This document shows, one piece after another, positions 56,620 through 64,000 of a stretch of DNA of 64,000 bases. The DNA lies in the NCBI GenBank assembly GCA_964016885.1, contig OZ024746.1, forward strand, positions 21,142,001 to 21,206,000. The letters are read 5' to 3'. A program made the translations under genes and the position numbers. Under the pieces are notes generated by a model, which made no database searches, had not been told where the DNA came from, and was given only the letters and a program-made list of their open reading frames with translations. The stretch's first letter is position 1. Each line of letters opens with the position of its first letter. Origin of the DNA: Eledone cirrhosa. Taxonomy: Eukaryota.

Positions 56620-57289
56620 CTTTCCTGAAATATAGTGTTTTGCCAACATGAATTTTAATAGCATAATTTCCCTTTACACCTCAATGCTATTCTATTCTAG
56701 TTTCAAGTTTTGTTCTCATTCTTTCGTTTTTATCTTGAAGGTAATATATACAATATTTGGATACACTACTATATTTAATATGATTAAAATATTTGGTAAT
56801 ATTGCAATATTCAACGCTCAAAGAATAAAATAATGGGAAGCAATAATGGAACTGCTGAAGAAAAAAAGGGAACATTGTTCTTGCAAGTGAACTATATGCT
56901 AACAAAACAATAAGCTTATTTTTTTTATTTGTCACTAGAATCCTTTTGTTAAATAGGAAAGGAGAGAAAACTATTTCGTGAAATCCATGCTTTTCTTTAC
57001 GGGGTATACATGCCATCTGTTTTCTTTCGGCATTTGCCAATTAAATATCTAGACGTGACATGTATTCTGTATTGAAAGTCAATATTTTCGTTATTATTCA
57101 GAGTTAAATACTTTTATTTACTGCAATAGTGTCGTTCCTCTCAATGAATGAGAAATTCTAAAAAATGGCCTACTATATTCATATAAATTTAGCATCCGCT
57201 ATATTCCAATTTATATACACGAGTTGAAATTATGATAGCTCAAAATTATATCTTGTGTAGATTATATCATCCTGAAACTTAATACAAAT

Positions 57290-57685
57290 AATTGTTTCTA
57301 CGTTTGGCACAAGGCCAGAAATTACCCAGAGCATTACTGGTACTTTATTTTATCGACCCCGTAAGGATGAAAGGCAAAGTTAACCTCGGCGGGATTTGAA
57401 CTCAGATCGTAAAGGGACGTAACTATGCTGGAAAGCATGGCGTCTGACCCTCTACCGATACTGCCAATCCACAATGTGGTTGATAAAATAATGTACCAGT
57501 AACAATAACACCGATTTCGCTTGCCATCTCTGAATGAAATATTTTCTCTATTCTCTGTTTGTGTTTGATGTAAATCCTTTTATTGATTAACTAATTATGC
57601 AATCCGAACCTGATGATGTCACCACGATCTTACGTCAAAGCATAGCGTCCGACCCTCTACCGATACTGCCAATCCACCGCCCTTA
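57290..57685 (-). mobile_element. Family M SINE interrupted by an inverted copy of 55638-55811
   Basis: TSD CTTAATACAAAT; internal 57473-57635 is the reverse complement of the flank of the 55812 SINE. Confidence 0.88.
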
Positions 57686-57829
57686 ATACAAATTAAATAC
57701 AAACTTAATACAAATAATGAGTAAATTACGTTATTACGCTATATAACTAAATTGAAGCTGTATAAGGGAAAATTAATGATGAAAAAACTAGACATTTTGT
57801 TATCAATTTACCATAATAGTCATAATCCT

Positions 57830-58065
57830 TTCTGATTTAGGCAAAAGGCCAACAATTTTAGGTAGGGGGGGGTCGATTAAATTGACCCCTGTGCATTAGA
57901 GGTACTTCATTTTCTCGACCCCTTAACGATGAATGGCAAAGCTAATCTCGGATGGATTTGAACTCAGAACGTAAAGGAACATAAATGAACGTAAAGGGGA
58001 CGTAATTATATACCACAAAGCATGTTGTCCGACACTCTACCGATACTGCCAATCCACCAACCTTA
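57830..58065 (-). mobile_element. Family M long SINE
   Basis: Family match; TSD AGTCATAAT. Confidence 0.85.
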
Positions 58066-58699
58066 AGTCATAATAATAATATGCTACTGATTTTCAATCG
58101 TTTATTAGTTTCAATTTAAGTAATCAACTGTGTTGTTTAAATGTTAACACTATATGTTCCTATCACGTGATTCTCTACATTCTCATTAATAGAAATAATC
58201 TTATAACGTAATTATCAGGTTCGTGCTGTAATGATAAGCAATTGTTAAGGTATTTTCATGATATTTTCTTACTGTAATGATGCTATATATAATTCTATAT
58301 ATTTGAATAATAGTCTTATATCTTACGAAACCCAATTTCGCCTATCTCCGTGTCTAACTTGTCTAATTTACTTCTTAAACCCATCATTAATTTTACAGTA
58401 TATCAAATGATTCTGATACAGAATCATTTGTGTATTGTGCACCTGAAATAATACTGTATATTATCTCTAATCAATTTAATATCGCTTTCTGGTGACATTT
58501 GCGTAGGAGTAGGCAATTATGTCATTATGGAATCCTGCAATAGTAGTGGTCTCTTTCACACTATTGTAAACTTTAATAACAGTTATTCAATTAATTTTAT
58601 TAAATATAATCGGTCTCTCTGCTTCATTTACAGAGGATCTTACCACAAAAACGTATCTAAATTGTTAAATTCATGTAGCACACAAAATTAACAATTTTT

Positions 58700-60170
58700 C
58701 TCGAACGAAAGGAAAACATTGTGTAATCTTTAATGAATCTCTGTATTTATACTAAGACATTCATCTTCATAGAGTGTGTCAAGGTCAAATCAACCTGGAA
58801 GATTTATTCTTACTACTAATTACACAATTTCTCTTTTTTCTCCATTCTCAAAACTATTTGTCATGTAAATCTGTCTTTTCTTTTTAATTCGCTGTTTTCC
58901 TTGAAGCTTTTTAATTTTGTTCTGTTTTGTAACTATTTGCACTAGCTTTTCATTAATCCTTGCTAGATTTTTGAGTAACCCTACAGTGTGTATTATACAA
59001 TATTTTCAAGTTGCATGAGTCGATTTTCTATGCCATGTTTTGGATGGTGTACTCGAGGTGCTGTAATTATTTTCATTGGTTTTCTCTCTTGTCTTTCAAG
59101 TTTGTTTCGCCTCCAGTTCAGCATATAATTATAAATCATTACTAAGACATTAAAGTATTGATTCCTATCGCATTTGCTTTAAATATTCATCAGATGCTTT
59201 TAAAATGTTTTTTCCAAACTTTCCTTTGTGTTTGTTACACACTATCTAGTTCATTGTTCCCAAATATTTGATGGTCGAGATTTGCTGTAATTTTCTTAGC
59301 TGTTTCTATATCTAATATTGTATTAGTGTACTTAACTTAATTTTCATCTGTTAAATCTTGCCTGGTTCCATTTTTCTGATCCGAATCGTATATCGATTCG
59401 CCAGTATATCCGTGACTTACCTTTCAAATTATTTATCATCTATATCGTATAGCATGAAGTTGTCCATGCACAAAGGAAATTTCATTGTACTACCATGTCT
59501 TTCTGACTCCAGTTTTGTTTTGTTTAACATTTTGGTTAAACGTGTTAGAACACCCAGAAAAGTAGCGGAGAGTAGCTGTCTTCTTGGAATATTTCTCTTC
59601 TGATGGACATAGGGTTCCTTGTTACGGGGTAGGCTTAAATATTCATAGACTGACTATGAAGTAGTGATGCTAGTGCTGTGAAATCTTGCATGCATTAATT
59701 TCACCTCTTCTTACTAATAACTGCATTGTTTCTTTCCGGGGACTATGTTGAAAAATTAACCCCATTTGATAATTCCATGAGAGTATCTTGGTTAGCCTAT
59801 GAATCCATACCATGGTCAGACTATCCTTTCCAATTCTACACCATTTAGTTACGTCTTTGTTGATCGATAACTGATCTTACTGTCATATGAGCGATTGTGG
59901 AATCTCTTTATCTTCTCGGGAAACATGTGATATATTACAGTTAAGGTTTTTTGAGCTATAGAATGACTGCCTTTAGGCTTGTTGTTTCAGTCTTTGGTAT
60001 TTAACTAGTTTGAGAAATTCTAATACTTTCAATTTCAATGTTCATTCAAATGATTTCTTCGACAAATACGACACCGTATCAAACATATGTTTCCCTGTTG
60101 AATATGTTAAAGAGCACAATGATTTCTTTTTCTTTACAACCTTGCCACCGAGAAGGTGACCGGTCAAAAG
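58700..60170 (-). mobile_element. Degenerate AP-endonuclease LINE; related fragments at ~36380-36900 and ~37860-37940
   Basis: Minus KILSWN start and DH end motif of AP endonuclease; nucleotide matches among three loci (CCATGAGAGTATCTTGGT, TAATAACTGCATTGTTTCT). Confidence 0.5.
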
Positions 60171-60189
60171 TATACTTAAGTTTGAGAGA

Positions 60190-60680
60190 AAGAGAACGAA
60201 GTGGGTGAAACACCATATTGACAAGGAGGAGGCTAGTTCACTGTGTAGGATCTGTGGAGAGAGAAGATACTGTGGCTCACATTGTATCCGAGTGTAAACA
60301 CCTAGTCCAGACTCACTATAAAGGCTGGAGACATGATGTGATGGGCAGGGTGATCCACTGGCATCTATGCAAAGTAAACAATTTACCACATTCGGAGAAG
60401 TGGTATGAGCATACGCCAGAGTGAGTGATAGAAAACGATCAGGTGAAAGTGCTATGGGATTTTAGGATACAGACGGACAAGAAATTAGAACACAATAGCC
60501 CTGACCTGGTGGTTTTGGACAAGGAAAAAAGATCGTGCCTGATTGTAGATGTAGCTTGCTCATTTGGCACGAGAGTGCAAGAAAAGGAGAGAGAGAAAAT
60601 TAACCGATACCAGGATTTAAAATGGGAGTTAAAAAGGATTTGGAACTGCCATGAAATCAAGGTCATCCCGATTGTCATAT
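60190..60680 (+). mobile_element. Dong/R4-type LINE fragment: CCHC knuckle plus restriction-like endonuclease
   Basis: CRICGE(fs)EDTVAHIVSEC..RHDVMGRVIHWHLC..WYEH..VLWDFRIQTDKKLEHNSPDLVV..IVDVAC..EKINRYQDL..IPIVI. Confidence 0.92.
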
Positions 60681-60768
60681 ACCTTAACGGTTCAAGTTAT
60701 CCAAGGATAACTTGAACCGTTAAGGTATATTCTCCTTGGTTATGTCAACATTTATAAAACACACTTCG

Positions 60769-60830
60769 TATTTTATCTGATGATAGCGTACCAAAATTGT
60801 TGGTACCCTTGAAATATACATAATAGAATA
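60769..60830 (+). ncRNA. Minimal hammerhead ribozyme
   Basis: TATTTTAT-CTGATGA-T-AGCGTACCAA aattg TTGGTACCCT-T-GAAA-TATACA-TA-ATAGAATA. Confidence 0.75.
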
Positions 60831-60869
60831 AATATGGTTTTATAAATATAGTTTCCATTTATTTAATAT

Positions 60870-60931
<62 letters not shown>

Positions 60932-61578
60932 AGGGTCGACGGACCCAGCATGTTTATCAATGCCAGTACCGGTTGTATCTCACCGCACTCAATGGGCAAT
61001 GTAAGATACATTACCAGAGTATACACATAGTTATTTGCCTCAACACAACACACGTAAAACGGGTGCCTATAAGGTACCCGGACTCGAGTTTCTGCCGCAC
61101 TAATGCAGCAGTAAGGTGCACTGCACCATCTGTCTGCATATATTATGCAACAATACACAATCGGCTTATGCGGCTTCATCAGCGGGTATCGCCTAATCAA
61201 TAACCAATCGATCGACAGAATCCAGACACCGGCCCATGCCGGTCATGACTGTTTGTGACAACCGACACGGTAAAGCGATTAGCAACTGGCAACCGATAGG
61301 ACTCTATCTTTCAACTAGCCACTGATTTACAAATTTTTCCTGGTGACGGGAAGCTAAAAAGAATCAATCTTTTAGTTCCTGTCAGAAGCCCTCAGCCAAC
61401 GTGTCTCACACACAAATTATCAAGGGGTGAAAAGATGGCTATTAGAAATAGCAGTTCATATTGATATAAAATAGAATGGTAGCATTCAGTTCATGTCTCC
61501 AAGCCCCATGGCTAGAGGAAAGCGATGGTAACAATGGTAGTGCCAAGAACCTTTAACGGACTTTAATATATATATATA

Positions 61579-61735
61579 TAGAAGTGGTTACACAACAGTT
61601 AGTTCACCATACCAAGAACAATTGTTTCACCTTAGCGGATCCTCAGCTTGTAATGGACCATTACGAACTGAGGATCCGATAAGGTGAAACAATTGTTCTC
61701 GGTATGGTGAACTAACTGTTGTGTAACCACTTCTA
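61579..61735. mobile_element. Near-perfect 157-bp palindrome carrying two divergent hammerheads (inverted pLTR-like)
   Basis: Arms mirror around 61657; each strand reads CTGAGGA-T-CC nnnnn GG-T-GAAA-CAATTG-TT. Confidence 0.8.
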
Positions 61736-61873
61736 CCTAACTCGTCCCATGGACTGAGTGCTCTACCATTACGGATATTACCTTCCAGTGTTCTACCACT
61801 ATGTTATATATATATATATATATATTATGAAAATAAAACAAAGAAGCCTTCAATACATCAAAAGTCTTTATTA

Positions 61874-61911
61874 GCCAACAATGTTTCGTCCTATTAAGGA
61901 CTCATCAGGGC
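61874..61911 (-). ncRNA. Minimal hammerhead ribozyme, canonical core
   Basis: Minus: GCC-CTGATGA-GTCCT taat AGGAC-GAAA-CATTG-TT-GGC. Confidence 0.88.
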
Positions 61912-62039
61912 AATCAAAACCACAAGAAGCACTATCGGCCAAAACAAGCCGAAAACTCCGAAGAATATGAAGTGTACATACACTAAAGTATTGGAAGATT
62001 ATGGGTAAAAATATATAATAAAAGTCACTAAGGAGGTGG

Positions 62040-62084
<45 letters not shown>

Positions 62085-62639
62085 GTACATGTGTGTGTAT
62101 GTAATCTCTTGCTTATTTGTATATATTTAAAAACAAACATCTATTATTAGAATACTGCCGAATATATCGTGGAACGTAAGTGCTGACGTGTTTATATCTA
62201 GAGTGCATCTTACTAATTTCAATACACATTAGGTTTTCTAACTTGAAGCTATCGAATATTTTTGCTACTTTACATTTAACATCTAAGTACAGGTAGTCCA
62301 TTGCATATTATAAGTGACAACTTATTATCTTACGACAACTGAATGGTATCGTGTGGTGGTGTGTGGATGTTTGAGAGACTGTGTGTGTATGCGTGAGGGA
62401 GAAGTACCTGGATATGTGGGAGTCTGTGTGTGTATGTGTGTGGGTATGTGTCTCTCTGAGTTCATTCGTACGTGTATGTATGTATGTGTGTGTGCGTGTG
62501 TGCATGTGAACGTGTATTTTGTGTCTATATGTGCCTGTATACATTCGTGAGTTTGTGTATGTGTTTGTGTGTAGTTGTGTGTGTGTATGAACGCACGCCT
62601 GTATATATTCGTGTGTGTGTGTGCGTCTATGTGAGCATG

Positions 62640-63560
62640 TCTGTATACATATGTATACATATGTATGTCTGTGTGTGTATGTCTGTGTGTATGTATGTCT
62701 CTGTGTGTGTATGTCTCTGTGTGTGTATATTCCTGTGTGTATGTCTCTGTGTGTGTGTATATTCCTGTGTGTATGTCTCTGTGTGTATGTCTCTATGTGT
62801 ATGCCTGTGTGAATGTCTCTATGTGTATGTCTGTGCGTATGTCTCTATGTGTATGTCTGTGTGAATGTCTCTATGTGTATGTCTGTGTGTATGTCTGTGT
62901 GTATGTCTCTATCTATGTGTATGTCTGTGTGTATGTCTCTGTGTGTATGTCTGTATGTGTATGTCTCTAGTTGTCTGTCTCTATGTGTATGTCTATGTGT
63001 ATGTATGTCTCTATGTGTATGTCTGTGTGTATATGTCTGTGTGTATGTCTCTGTGTGTGTGTCTGTATGTGTATGTCTCTATGTGTATGTCCTTATGTGT
63101 ATATGTCTCTGTGTATGTCTCTATGTGTGTATCTCTCTATGTGTATGTCTCTATGTGTATGTCTCTATGTGTATATGTCTCTGTGTATGTCTCTATGTGT
63201 GTATGTCTCTATGTGTATGTCTCTATATGTGTATGTCTCTATGTGTATATGTCTCTGTGTATGTCTCTATGTGTGTATGTCTTTATGTGTATGTCTCTAT
63301 GTGTGTATGTCTCTATGTGTGTATGTCTATGTGTATGTCTCTATGTGTGTATGTCTCTATGTGTGTATGTCTCTATGTGTGTATGTCTCTATGTGTGTGT
63401 CTCTATATGTGCATGTCTCTATGTGTGTATGTCTCTATGTGTGTATGTCTCTATGTGTGTATGTCTATGTGTGTATGTCTCTATGTGTGTATGTCTCTAT
63501 GTGTATGTCTCTATGTGTGTATGTCTCTATGTGTGTATGTCTATGTGTATATGTGCGTAT
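62640..63560. repeat. Degenerate 12-16-bp minisatellite (GTGTATGTCTCTAT)n
   Basis: Variable-length tandem units derived from TG/TC/TA. Confidence 0.92.
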
Positions 63561-64000
63561 GTTTAGCTGCCTTCTAAAATTCATTTTCTTAATGTACATC
63601 AGTGGGATACAAGCATGTCTCAAGTTGAAACCATTGAACCTGACAGATTTAGATAAAATAGATTTCTTCATGTTCATCTTTGCCAATTGACTTTGGCATA
63701 GATTTATCATCATTCAGACCTACGTCTTTATTTTAACGAGAAGCCATGAAAAATGTTATATTTCTTCTCATGTCCCCTTCGAAACATTAATGGATACAAG
63801 ACTGCGTGAGTAGCCAGATTCTGCCAATGGCTGACAATATAATTATTTTGTTAGGTGTTTTGTGTATTTTGAACATTCATATTATTTACCACATTTTACT
63901 AAGGTGCACATCATCGTACCTCCATTTTTACCATTTATTGTATTAATATTCTTTAGAATGATATTACCACACACACACACACATATATATATATATACAC

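Noticed and set aside
61160-61190. Minus-strand CTGATGAAGC..GCCGAT as a hammerhead
   Set aside because: Lacks GAAA and stem III

Overview
AT-rich, microsatellite-saturated eukaryotic DNA, probably intronic or intergenic. The repeat repertoire suggests a mollusc, probably an octopus-like cephalopod (inference). I find no host protein-coding gene I can support, and most ORF-track entries are translations of (TA)n, (CA)n or (TATG)n. The window is a transposon graveyard. It holds a 2.2-kb 5'-truncated RTE-type LINE with two in-frame stops, three Penelope-like GIY-YIG fragments, Dong/R4-type restriction-like-endonuclease LINE fragments, and fossil CR1, hAT and Tc1 elements. There are also about 30 copies of two tRNA-derived SINE superfamilies and a 95/73-bp minisatellite. 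The most notable unannotated signal is about a dozen minimal type-I hammerhead ribozyme motifs from many unrelated sequence families. They have palindromic or near-palindromic stem III and recurrent core variants, mostly lie in short islands within or beside (TA)n arrays, and often sit in fold-back arrangements. Several template-switch or inverted-duplication scars are also visible. Coordinates were read by eye, so edges of degenerate elements are approximate.
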